64,000 nucleotides of DNA from Verrucomicrobiota bacterium (lineage in GTDB: Bacteria; Chlamydiota; Chlamydiia; Chlamydiales; SM23-39), in contig JAGWZL010000002.1 in NCBI GenBank assembly GCA_018968815.1, forward strand, positions 20,834-84,833, given 5' to 3'. The notes beneath the pieces were generated by a model. The model was not told the DNA's origin. It did not search any database and was given only the letters and a program-made list of their open reading frames with translations. The position numbers and the translations under genes are program-made. This document shows positions 1 to 8,284 of the stretch, one piece after another (the first letter of the stretch is position 1; each line of letters starts with the position of its first letter).

Positions 1-428
1 AAGCGATTTTGCGTGGAATGAAGTCTGGATTGCTCTCCACGACAGTGTTTGAGTTGACGTTGGATGGCCATAAGAGCAAAGCGCTCGTCAAAGAGGTGCA
101 ATATCAGCCGGCCAGCTACGAGATCGAGCACATCGACTTTTTGCAAGTGCATGACAATGAGAAGGTGACAGTCAATGTGCCGATTCAATTGGTGGGCGCA
201 GCAGAGTGTGCAGGGGTGAAGTTAGGCGGGTTTCTGCGTCAAGTGATTCGCTCCATGCAAGTGAGGTGCTTGCTGAAAGATATTCCGCAAGAGTTTGCGA
301 TCCATGTGCAAGAGATGGCGATCGCGGAATCGAAAACGTTGGCTGCGATTGCGATGCCAGCTCATGTCAAGCCGCTTTCCAAGATGAATGAAGTGGCTGT
401 TGTCGTGGGTAAAAAAGCGGGAACATAA
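1..428 (+). CDS. rplY: 50S ribosomal protein L25 / Ctc, 5' end cut by the window edge
   Basis: The translation (…ALVKEVQYQPASYEIEHIDFLQV…VPIQLVG…) resembles the L25/Ctc family. The frame is open to position 1. It lies directly upstream of pth, as in many bacteria. Confidence 0.8.
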   Translation, partial: AILRGMKSGLLSTTVFELTLDGHKSKALVKEVQYQPASYEIEHIDFLQVHDNEKVTVNVPIQLVGAAECAGVKLGGFLRQVIRSMQVRCLLKDIPQEFAIHVQEMAIAESKTLAAIAMPAHVKPLSKMNEVAVVVGKKAGT

Positions 429-431
429 TCG

Positions 432-1037
432 GTGGGAGCGCTCATTGTAGGCCTTGGCAATCCTGGCAAAACCTACAAAGGGACGCGTCACAATATTGGT
501 TTTGAAGCTGTAGATTTTCTAGCGAAGAGGCATCGACTCGAATGGAAAAAGCAGCTCAAGTGGAAGGGGATGGTCGCTGAAGGCAAAATTGGCGATGATT
601 CTGCAATCCTGTTAAAGCCGCTGACCTATATGAATCTCAGCGGTGAATCAGTAGTGCTTATGATGCATTACTTTCATATCGATCTGTCTCGGCTGCTCAT
701 CTTGGTGGATGATGTGGCCCTTCCTTTGGGACAGTTGCGGATTCGAATCAATAGTGGTTCAGGCGGACACAACGGCCTGAAGAGCATTGAGGAGAGTTTG
801 CAGACGAATCGGTATCCGCGCCTGAGAATTGGCGTAGGGGATCGAGATGATGGGGACTTGACCGACCATGTGTTGGGCAAGTTTTCTAAGACGGAAGAAA
901 CGCTCCTTCCAAGTGTTTTGGAAAGGGCAGTCCAAGCTGTTGAAATTTGGCTGGACGAAGGTTTAACCAGTGCGATGAATTTTGCGAACAAAGGTTCATC
1001 GACTCCGAGCATTGGAGAAGAAAATGAAGAAACATGA
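432..1037 (+). CDS. pth: peptidyl-tRNA hydrolase
   Basis: GTG start. The N-terminus LIVGLGNPGKTYKGTRHNIGF is the classic Pth signature. Confidence 0.9.
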   Translation: MGALIVGLGNPGKTYKGTRHNIGFEAVDFLAKRHRLEWKKQLKWKGMVAEGKIGDDSAILLKPLTYMNLSGESVVLMMHYFHIDLSRLLILVDDVALPLGQLRIRINSGSGGHNGLKSIEESLQTNRYPRLRIGVGDRDDGDLTDHVLGKFSKTEETLLPSVLERAVQAVEIWLDEGLTSAMNFANKGSSTPSIGEENEET

Positions 1038-1377
1038 GCGGAAAGGGCTCTATGAGGGGATGTATATCCTTAGCGCGACGCTAAGCGATGATTCTCGCAA
1101 AAAGGCCTTTGATAAAATTACGGATGGGATCACCCAAAAAGGGGGAGAGATCCATAAAATCCACGAACAGGGGCGGAAAAAACTTGCCTATGAAATCGAT
1201 GGAAAGCGGGAAGGCTACTATTATGTTCTCTATTTCACGGCGCCCACGCAGGTGATTGGCGATCTTTGGAAAGAGTATCACTTGCATGAGGATCTCATTC
1301 GATTTCTCACCATGCGAACCGAGAAAGTTCTCGAGACTCTCGAATTCAAATCCCTCAAAATGCAAGGTAATTCATGA
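1024..1377 (+). CDS. rpsF: 30S ribosomal protein S6
   Basis: From the internal ATG at 1024 it reads [16 protein letters not shown]…, which is S6-like. It begins the rpsF-rpsR-rplI operon order. Confidence 0.9.
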   Translation: MKKHERKGLYEGMYILSATLSDDSRKKAFDKITDGITQKGGEIHKIHEQGRKKLAYEIDGKREGYYYVLYFTAPTQVIGDLWKEYHLHEDLIRFLTMRTEKVLETLEFKSLKMQGNS

Positions 1378-1670
1378 GAAGGCCATCACAGACTCAACAA
1401 GAATATTCGAATCCTTCTGGAGCTGCTGGAGGAGGGGGAGAGCCATCCTCGCCCTTTGCGAAGAGAAAGAAAGCGTGTCCTTTTGTAGCGGCGAAAGCGG
1501 GGCATATTGATTATAAGGATCTTGAAACTCTCAGACAATTTATTACTGAGCGTGGAAAGATTTTGCCGAGGCGGATTACTGGCGTCTCTTATTTTTACCA
1601 AAAGCTTTTGAAGAAGGCGATTAAGCAGGCGCGTCATATGGCGCTGCTTCCATTTGTAGGGGAGGAATAA
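1374..1670 (+). CDS. rpsR: 30S ribosomal protein S18
   Basis: ATGA overlap with rpsF. The motif [26 protein letters not shown] is S18-like. Confidence 0.9.
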   Translation: MRRPSQTQQEYSNPSGAAGGGGEPSSPFAKRKKACPFVAAKAGHIDYKDLETLRQFITERGKILPRRITGVSYFYQKLLKKAIKQARHMALLPFVGEE

Positions 1671-1671
1671 G

Positions 1672-2199
1672 ATGAAACAGCACTTATTACTTTTGCAAGA
1701 TGTGGAAGCGTTGGGCAAGAAGGGTGAGATTGTCACTGCGAAGCCTGGCTATGTGAGGAACTATCTTTTGCCGAGGGGGCTTGCGATCATTGCGAGTCCG
1801 AACACATTGCGCAAGCAAGAGAGCTTGAGGGCGGAACGGGCGAAGCAAGCTGTGATCGACCGAAAAGAATCGGAAGAGCTGGCGATACAGATCGAGGGGA
1901 TTTCTTTAGAAACGCGCGTCAAAGTGGATCCGGAAGGGCATATGTACGGCTCTGTTTCTGCTGGCGACATTGCGCAGCTGTTCCAAGAGAAGGGGCTGCC
2001 TGTTGAGAAGAAATCTGTTCTTGTGAACAAGCCGATCAAAGAGACAGGCACGCACAAGATTTCACTCAAGCTCAAAGAGGGCGTGAGCGCAACCTGTCAA
2101 CTGATGATTATTCCCGAAGGGGTCGCTCATGTTGGCATCGAAGCAGTGACTGCGCCGCTGCCTGTGGAAGAGAAGAAAGAAGAAGAGCAACCTGAGTAA
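1672..2199 (+). CDS. rplI: 50S ribosomal protein L9
   Basis: The N-terminus LLLQDVEALGKKGEIVTAKPGYVRNYLLPRGLA is L9-like. Confidence 0.9.
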   Translation: MKQHLLLLQDVEALGKKGEIVTAKPGYVRNYLLPRGLAIIASPNTLRKQESLRAERAKQAVIDRKESEELAIQIEGISLETRVKVDPEGHMYGSVSAGDIAQLFQEKGLPVEKKSVLVNKPIKETGTHKISLKLKEGVSATCQLMIIPEGVAHVGIEAVTAPLPVEEKKEEEQPE

Positions 2200-2204
2200 C
2201 TGGC

Positions 2205-2252
2205 ATTCCCCAATCGATCAGCTGTGCCGATAGATTGGGGAATTTGCGTTTT
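2205..2252 (+). terminator. intrinsic terminator after the rpsF-rpsR-rplI operon
   Basis: An 11-bp stem (attccccaatc / gattggggaat) is followed by ttgcgtttt. Confidence 0.5.
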
Positions 2253-2324
2253 AGAGAGTGTCTACAAAGTAGACGCCCTCTCATTCTTGAATGCAATCGG
2301 ATGACTGTGCTACACTCATTCAGC

Positions 2325-3305
2325 ATGAAAATAGTGATCACAGGCGCATCTGGAATGATCGGCTCTTGTCTTGTGCGCCATCTCAATGAGATGGGCCTTG
2401 TCGATCTCGTGCTGATCGATGATCTGAAGACAGGCGATAAGTGGAAAAATCTCGTCGGCAAGCAATTTGACGACATCCTTTCTAAACATGTGCTTTTTGA
2501 TTGGCTGAAAAGCCATGGATCTTCAGTGGATGCAATTGTCCATTTGGGCGCATGTTCTGACACCACCGAAAAAAATGCCGATTACCTCATTGAGAACAAT
2601 TTCCATTATACAGTTCGGCTGGCTGAGTGGGCCCTTACACACAGCAAGCGGTTTATTTACGCCTCTTCGGCGGCCACTTATGGCGATGGGTCGTTGGGTT
2701 TTTGCGATGATGAATCTGCGCTAGAAACGTTGCGGCCTCTCAACATGTATGGCTACTCAAAACATCTGGTCGATCTTTGGATGAAGCGACGCAACGTTTT
2801 GTCAAAAGTGGTGGGACTCAAGTATTTTAATGTGTTTGGTCCGAATGAATATCACAAAGGGCGCATGGCCTCGATGGTGTTGAAGATGATGGACAAATCG
2901 CACGATGGCAGCGCCGTGCATCTTTTCAAATCGAGCGATGCAAAATATCCGGATGGGGGGCAAATGCGCGATTTCATTTACGTGAAAGACGCAGTGAAAA
3001 TGACCGCTTGCTTTCTCGATCCTCAATATCGAAATGTCGGAGGGATTTTCAACATTGGGTTGGGAGTGCCTACGACTTGGAATCAGCTTGCCGATGCATT
3101 TTTTCAAGCGATCGAGAAAAAAACGAACATTGCCTATATCGATATGCCTGCCGATTTGGTGAAGCAATATCAGCAATTTACTTGCGCATCTATGGACAAA
3201 TTCCATAAGATCTTCTCTCAAGATAGCAAAGTCACGCAAACGACGTCGATCGTCGATGCGGTGCGTGATTACGTCAGCTATCTTAAGAGAAATGATCGAT
3301 GGTAA
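2325..3305 (+). CDS. hldD: ADP-L-glycero-D-manno-heptose 6-epimerase
   Basis: MKIVITGASGMIGS Rossmann N-terminus with an SDR epimerase layout (YGYSK). It is adjacent to the hldE-like gene. I chose the internal ATG at 2325. Confidence 0.85.
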   Translation: MKIVITGASGMIGSCLVRHLNEMGLVDLVLIDDLKTGDKWKNLVGKQFDDILSKHVLFDWLKSHGSSVDAIVHLGACSDTTEKNADYLIENNFHYTVRLAEWALTHSKRFIYASSAATYGDGSLGFCDDESALETLRPLNMYGYSKHLVDLWMKRRNVLSKVVGLKYFNVFGPNEYHKGRMASMVLKMMDKSHDGSAVHLFKSSDAKYPDGGQMRDFIYVKDAVKMTACFLDPQYRNVGGIFNIGLGVPTTWNQLADAFFQAIEKKTNIAYIDMPADLVKQYQQFTCASMDKFHKIFSQDSKVTQTTSIVDAVRDYVSYLKRNDRW

Positions 3306-4630
3306 AACTAGGTCGTACATTTATTCATTTCAAGCCGTTCAAGGTGTTGGTGCTGGGCGATTTTATGCTCGACAAATACACAACGGGCAGAGTGAAGAGG
3401 ATTTCTCCTGAGGCGCCTGTTCCTGTGATGGAGGTTCTCAAGCAAGAATCGAGGCCTGGCGGCGCTGGGAACGTCGTGCTCAATTTAACGGCTTTGGGCG
3501 CAAATGTATTTGCGATGGGCCGTATTGGCGATGACGCGGAAGGGGCCGAATTGAAAGCGAGGCTTTTGGGCGTTGATACGAGCGCCTTGCTCACTGAACC
3601 TGGCTATCAAACTCCGGTGAAAAATCGTCTGATTGCGGATAGCCAGCAGCTCATTCGCGTCGATTTTGAAACATTTACCTTAATTCGCGCGGAGATCGAG
3701 GAGATTTGTCTTGAAAAATTGGGCGCGCTGGTGCCCCAAGCCGATATTGTGGCGCTTTCAGATTATGGCAAAGGGTTTTTATCGAACCGGTTGATTCGAA
3801 GGGCAATCGAGCTTGCGAATCAGGCCCACATTCCGTTGATTGTGGATCCGAAAGGGATTGATTTTCAGAAATATCGGGGTGCGACCGTGATTAAGCCGAA
3901 TCTTTCTGAGGCCTATGCTGCGGCGAGAAGGCCTCCGCAGGCGTCGCTTGACGAAGTGGCTCAGGAATTGCGCTCGCTCACCGAATTTTTGCTGATTACG
4001 CGATCAGAAGCGGGGATTTCTATTTTTGACCGAGAGGGGAAGCGGGTCGATTTTCCGGTTCGCGCCAAAGAGGTGAAAGATGTGACGGGGGCGGGGGACA
4101 CGGTGCTGTCGATGCTTTGTCTAGGGCTTGCGAATGGACTCGATATCCAACAAGCCGCCCAACTGGCCAACATCGCAGCAGGGCTGTCGATCGAGCGGGT
4201 AGGGTGCACGCAGATCACTCTCTCAGAACTGGCCGAGAGATTATTGGAAGAAGATTGCGACACCAAAATTTTTGATGAAAGCCACACATTTGCGCTGCAA
4301 CAAGTTCTCAAAGGGAAAAAATATGTGTTGCTCGTTCTCGACAAGGGGCAAATGGTTTCGAATGGACTGTTTCGCACCATTCGGCAACTCTCGCAGCTCG
4401 AAGGGCAGGAACTCATTATTTACGTGCGCGATACGGAACCTCATGATGAATTGATCCACCTTCTCTCCTCATTGCATGAGGTGGACTACATCATTTTGCA
4501 AACTGAGAATTTAAAGCACTTGTGCAGCGCCATCCATCCTCACGAGATTTATTTGATGCAGCAGGATCAGCCGATCAAACTCGAGAACGCGCACAATTTG
4601 CTCAATACTCTCATGCGTCAGTTCGTGTAA
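3299..4630 (+). CDS. hldE: D-beta-D-heptose 7-phosphate kinase (HldE/RfaE domain I) with a degenerate C-terminal nucleotidyltransferase-like domain
   Basis: The ribokinase-like domain reads VLVLGDFMLDKY…RISPEAPVPV…GAGDTV. The C-terminal ~130 aa align in my reading to HldE domain II but lack the HxGH motif. Confidence 0.8.
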   Translation: MVKLGRTFIHFKPFKVLVLGDFMLDKYTTGRVKRISPEAPVPVMEVLKQESRPGGAGNVVLNLTALGANVFAMGRIGDDAEGAELKARLLGVDTSALLTEPGYQTPVKNRLIADSQQLIRVDFETFTLIRAEIEEICLEKLGALVPQADIVALSDYGKGFLSNRLIRRAIELANQAHIPLIVDPKGIDFQKYRGATVIKPNLSEAYAAARRPPQASLDEVAQELRSLTEFLLITRSEAGISIFDREGKRVDFPVRAKEVKDVTGAGDTVLSMLCLGLANGLDIQQAAQLANIAAGLSIERVGCTQITLSELAERLLEEDCDTKIFDESHTFALQQVLKGKKYVLLVLDKGQMVSNGLFRTIRQLSQLEGQELIIYVRDTEPHDELIHLLSSLHEVDYIILQTENLKHLCSAIHPHEIYLMQQDQPIKLENAHNLLNTLMRQFV

Positions 4631-4704
4631 TTTGGATCCGTTTCGAGAGCGCGCACAATTTGCCGAATACTCTCATGCGTCAGTTCGTGTAATTTGGATC
4701 CGTT
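4581..4704. repeat. 62-bp tandem duplication (2 copies, 59/62 identical)
   Basis: Copy 1 is 4581-4642 and copy 2 is 4643-4704. Copy 1 contains the hldE stop codon and copy 2 contains the 3' end of the DUF167 gene. Confidence 0.9.
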
Positions 4705-4903
4705 TCATGCGTGCAGTATGCCCGCTGAGAATGGTGATGTGCGATTTGGCTACTTTGTACTCTTGCGCTAAAAAAGCAATGAGGGCTTCATTAACGCGTC
4801 CTTTTTCTGGTACACCCTTGATCCGCACGCGCAAAACTTCGCCTTCCCATCCCACGATTTCATTTTTTGAGGCGTTGGGGGTCACTTTAACGGTGATGAT
4901 CAT
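4673..4903 (-). CDS. DUF167 (YggU-like) protein
   Basis: 76 aa. MIITVKVTPNASKNEIVGWEGEVLRVRIKGVPEKGRVNEALIAFLA matches the YggU/DUF167 pattern. Confidence 0.75.
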   Translation of the reverse strand: MIITVKVTPNASKNEIVGWEGEVLRVRIKGVPEKGRVNEALIAFLAQEYKVAKSHITILSGHTARMKRIQITRTDA

Positions 4904-4938
4904 TCCCTAAATTTGCCTTTTTTGTTATTTCTGAATCA

Positions 4939-5469
4939 ATGACTCTTGCAACCTACAAACGAAAACGGAATCTCAAAAAATCGAAAGAGCCTGCCGCAGT
5001 GGTTCGAAAAAAACGAGCGGAGGCGCTCTGCTTTGTGGTGCAAAAACATGCCGCTACAAGACTGCACTATGACTTTCGACTCGAAATGAACGGCGTGTTG
5101 AAAAGTTGGGCCATTCCCAAAGGTCCCTCCATGAATCCAAAAGAAAAAAGGCTGGCCGTACAGGTCGAAGACCACCCCTACGACTACAAAGACTTTGAAG
5201 GGGTCATCCCTGAAGGATATGGCGCAGGCGCCGTCATCATTTGGGATCAGGGCACCTATACTTTGGAGGAGAAGAACCCGCGCTCCTGGCACATCACATT
5301 GAAGGGGAAAAAACTCAAAGGGGGGTTTGCTCTCGTTCGTTTCCGAGATAAGAACTGGCTGCTGATCAAAACGAAGGATCGCTATGCCACCACAAAGGAT
5401 GTCACGAAAAAAGATCGCTCCGTGGTTTCCAAAAGAAAATTAGAAACTCTTATGAAACGACCGATTTAG
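4939..5469 (+). CDS. stand-alone DNA ligase D 3'-phosphoesterase (LigD-PE) domain protein
   Basis: FVVQKHAATRLHYDFRLEMNGVLKSWAIPKGPS…VEDHPYDYKDFEGVIPEGYGAG closely matches my memory of the LigD PE domain. Confidence 0.8.
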   Translation: MTLATYKRKRNLKKSKEPAAVVRKKRAEALCFVVQKHAATRLHYDFRLEMNGVLKSWAIPKGPSMNPKEKRLAVQVEDHPYDYKDFEGVIPEGYGAGAVIIWDQGTYTLEEKNPRSWHITLKGKKLKGGFALVRFRDKNWLLIKTKDRYATTKDVTKKDRSVVSKRKLETLMKRPI

Positions 5470-5490
5470 GACTACCAAATTTGGGGTGTT

Positions 5491-5676
5491 TCAGTACTTT
5501 ATACTACAAAATACCCAACAAGCTAGTTTAATAATTTCCAAATCGATTCTATCACAAGCAGTCATACATTTTGCGTACGGCTTTTCTAGTGGGTTCCCAC
5601 CACAGTTCGGTGGGGGGGCTTGTATTGTTGGATAATTAGGTGGGAGACCTGGATCCCTTCTAGTGGGAGCTGCCAT
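5491..5676 (-). CDS. small Cys-rich hypothetical protein (61 aa)
   Basis: A GGAGG sequence lies 4 nt upstream of the ATG. It overlaps the upstream ORF by 17 bp, which suggests coupling. It has 6 Cys and no recognisable family. Confidence 0.4.
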   Translation of the reverse strand: MAAPTRRDPGLPPNYPTIQAPPPNCGGNPLEKPYAKCMTACDRIDLEIIKLACWVFCSIKY

Positions 5677-6190
5677 ACATCCTCCGGTAGTTTGTTCTTT
5701 GTAAATTGAGTTTTTCCATGCAGCGCACGAATTGTTCCTGATGGGACTGATGGGGATGGCCGGAACGTGTTTCAGCTCGTCTCAATGCGCCTATCCATGC
5801 TTTCGGGCGACTGTCAAGTATTTCTCCATCTAACCCAGATATTCCACAATTGTTTGCATATAATTCCGCGATCCTAGCATCGTCGTCATTGCGCCATCCC
5901 GCTACCCAATTTTTCATGGATGGGACTTGTTCTAGACCCGTTTTGACAACCGCATAACCAATGCCTCCAAGCGCTACTTGAGCAGCTACTCCGGTCGCCT
6001 TCTCCGCAATATTTCCAGTCGCTGTTTCTGTAACGTTTGTCAGTTGCTCTGGGTTCTTGATTCCCTGTGTGTCGGAACTGGGATTCTGGGATGAGCGATT
6101 CCCAAAAGTGTGCTTACACAAAGATACAGACCCAGATATAACTTCTCTCCAGGGCACGAATGGTGCTATTGTAGTCCAATCCATGGACAC
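5660..6190 (-). CDS. hypothetical protein (176 aa)
   Basis: A strong AGGAGG sequence precedes the ATG. It has a Gly/Ala-rich hydrophobic segment (AAQVALGGIGYAVV). No family recognised. Confidence 0.5.
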   Translation of the reverse strand: MSMDWTTIAPFVPWREVISGSVSLCKHTFGNRSSQNPSSDTQGIKNPEQLTNVTETATGNIAEKATGVAAQVALGGIGYAVVKTGLEQVPSMKNWVAGWRNDDDARIAELYANNCGISGLDGEILDSRPKAWIGALRRAETRSGHPHQSHQEQFVRCMEKLNLQRTNYRRMYGSSH

Positions 6191-6258
6191 CTCCTAAAAC
6201 GGCAAAAAATATATATGAATGAGTTTTTTTTTGCAAAAAAAATGATTGAGAGAGACTT

Positions 6259-7299
6259 TTAACAGTCCGACCTTTTGATGATGCCTCCACCTAAACAACA
6301 TGCGCCCTGATAAAAGACGACCGACTGGCCGGGGGTGATGGCTCTTTGCGGCTCGTCGAATACGACGCGTCCATTTGCGTACAGCGTGCAGGGGGTGTCG
6401 GTTTGCCGGTAGCGCACTTTGGCGGTGCATTGCAGGGGATAGGCGGGCTCTTGATCGACCCAGGTGAGATCTTGAGCCGATAGCTCAGTGCGGAAAAGGG
6501 CTGGGTGATTGGCGCCCCGCTCCACATAGACCGTATTGCTGGGCAGGTCTTTGGCGACCACATACCAGGCCTCGCCTTCGCCGCCCAGGCCCATCCCTTT
6601 GCGCTGGCCTAATGTGTAAAAGGCGGCTCCTTCGTGCTGGCCCACAATCTGACCGCTGAGCGTCTTGAAAGGACCTGGCTTCGTGCCCAAAAATTGCGCG
6701 AGAAAAGGCCTGAAATCCCGTTTGCCGATGAAACAAATGCCGGTGCTGTCTTTTTTCTCGGCGGTGGCCAGCCCCGCTTCCCGCGCCAGAGCGCGCACTT
6801 CGCTTTTCAGAAGATGGCCGATCGGGAACAACACTTTTTGAAAGGCCTCCCGCTTCACTGCATGGAGAAAATAGCTTTGGTCTTTATCGGGGTCGCGGCC
6901 GCGGAGCAGCTGACCGTTTGGGCTCAGCTGGCAATAGTGGCCGGTCGCCAGGAAGTCGGCGCCTAGGCTCAGCGCTTTTTCTAAAAAAACTTTGAATTTG
7001 ATCTCTTTGTTGCACAGGACGTCGGGATTCGGGGTCAGCCCGGCCCGATAATCGGCCAAAAATTGAGCAAACACCGACTCTCGGTATTCTTGGACAAAAT
7101 TGACATTGTAATAGGGAATTTGAAGGGTCTCGCACACCCGAACCACATCTTCAAAGTCTTTAGACGCGGGACAAGGCCCCTCCTCCTCCCAATTTTTCAT
7201 GAAAAGGCCGATGACCCTGTAACCTAAATTTTTGAGCAAAAGAGCCGAGACCGACGAATCGACCCCCCCTGACATGCCAACGACTACTGTGCTTTTCAT
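6259..7299 (-). CDS. mnmA: tRNA 2-thiouridine(34) synthase MnmA
   Basis: VVVGMSGGVDSSVSA PP-loop and full-length MnmA-like sequence. Confidence 0.95.
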   Translation of the reverse strand: MKSTVVVGMSGGVDSSVSALLLKNLGYRVIGLFMKNWEEEGPCPASKDFEDVVRVCETLQIPYYNVNFVQEYRESVFAQFLADYRAGLTPNPDVLCNKEIKFKVFLEKALSLGADFLATGHYCQLSPNGQLLRGRDPDKDQSYFLHAVKREAFQKVLFPIGHLLKSEVRALAREAGLATAEKKDSTGICFIGKRDFRPFLAQFLGTKPGPFKTLSGQIVGQHEGAAFYTLGQRKGMGLGGEGEAWYVVAKDLPSNTVYVERGANHPALFRTELSAQDLTWVDQEPAYPLQCTAKVRYRQTDTPCTLYANGRVVFDEPQRAITPGQSVVFYQGACCLGGGIIKRSDC

Positions 7300-7396
7300 A
7301 GGGAAGAAGGATACCCTAAAGCCAGGGGCTTTTGCAATACCTCGCTCTGTTGCCCTTTATATGTGGCCTGTCGTCATTTTGGGAGGGCGCCTATGA

Positions 7397-7552
7397 TTAG
7401 TCCCATTTATACGTCACGGTGGTTTTAGACCCTTTCACAACCTCTCTATCCGCATTCAAATGCCAATCTTCAGTATAGGTACCCTGAGCAGTGTAGGTTT
7501 TATTACAGTTCAAGCAAGACAGGAGTACAACAAGTAGCCAAAATATTTTCAC
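7397..7552 (-). CDS. small putative lipoprotein (51 aa, absent from the ORF track)
   Basis: My manual translation gives a GTG start preceded by GGAGGG, then KIFWLLVVLLSC (signal peptide plus lipobox Cys), ending …TVTYKWD*. Confidence 0.4.
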   Translation of the reverse strand: MKIFWLLVVLLSCLNCNKTYTAQGTYTEDWHLNADREVVKGSKTTVTYKWD

Positions 7553-7846
7553 GGGTCCCTCCATTTTGAGAACTCATAGGATACAATCACTGCAATATAA
7601 ATGCCAACCAGCACGAACAGATACGAGACCACTCTCTTTGAAGGGTAATCGATTTGTTGGAGCTTCGAGCAAGCAAAACTCGAGAACCCGGTCGGCCAGC
7701 TCATGAAGATGCTCCAGAACTGCAGAATCTTTGAGATGTGGGGTCCACGCTTGCGGGCTTCTCAGTCCCACGCGTAGAAAAAAATTGATTTATTAATCGG
7801 AATTTTTCTAGAATCCCGCGTTCACTCATCTACAAGGAGATCGAGT

Positions 7847-8284
7847 ATGGAAGAAATTAGTTTGGACAACCTGGATATGATCAACCCTTTTACATATGGT
7901 CGCGATATGCAATCAGATCAAGAGGGTTGGAGATTTGCAGACGTGATTTTGCAAAATAATTGCCATGTTCCATCAAGCGTGAAATGGGACAGAACCATTG
8001 TTCGAAATGCACCAGATCCGCAAACTGATGAAAAAATAGGACAAATTGCTCAAAATCAGCACCTAAAGACTTCTTTCGGTAATAGCGGAGGTAGCGCTAA
8101 TGTTAGGATAGACATATCTTTGGGAGATCCAGATGGCACGAAAGTGAGCGTCACGGCCTCCGGAGAAATTCACGATGATAAAGGAAATTACGTACAAGCA
8201 GCAATCACCAGAGATTATGATGGTCCAGCCAATGTGTCCATATCAGGTGGCGCTAAAAAAGAGAGTTCGGGCAACGATAAGTGA
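7847..8284 (+). CDS. hypothetical protein (145 aa)
   Basis: An AAGGAG sequence lies upstream. Its stop overlaps the GTG start of the next gene (GTGA). Confidence 0.5.
   Translation: MEEISLDNLDMINPFTYGRDMQSDQEGWRFADVILQNNCHVPSSVKWDRTIVRNAPDPQTDEKIGQIAQNQHLKTSFGNSGGSANVRIDISLGDPDGTKVSVTASGEIHDDKGNYVQAAITRDYDGPANVSISGGAKKESSGNDK

Noticed and set aside
982-1023. The upstream extension of the rpsF ORF, from the start at 982 given in the ORF track.
   Set aside because: The extension overlaps the pth 3' end and adds non-S6-like residues. The ATG at 1024 gives a canonical S6 N-terminus.
6194-6430. 78-aa minus-strand ORF overlapping the mnmA 3' end.
   Set aside because: It is an out-of-frame overlap with a highly conserved gene and has a basic, low-complexity composition.
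7574-7771. 65-aa minus-strand ORF in the 7553-7846 gap.
   Set aside because: It has no Shine-Dalgarno sequence and no recognisable family. It could be a gene remnant, but the evidence is insufficient.
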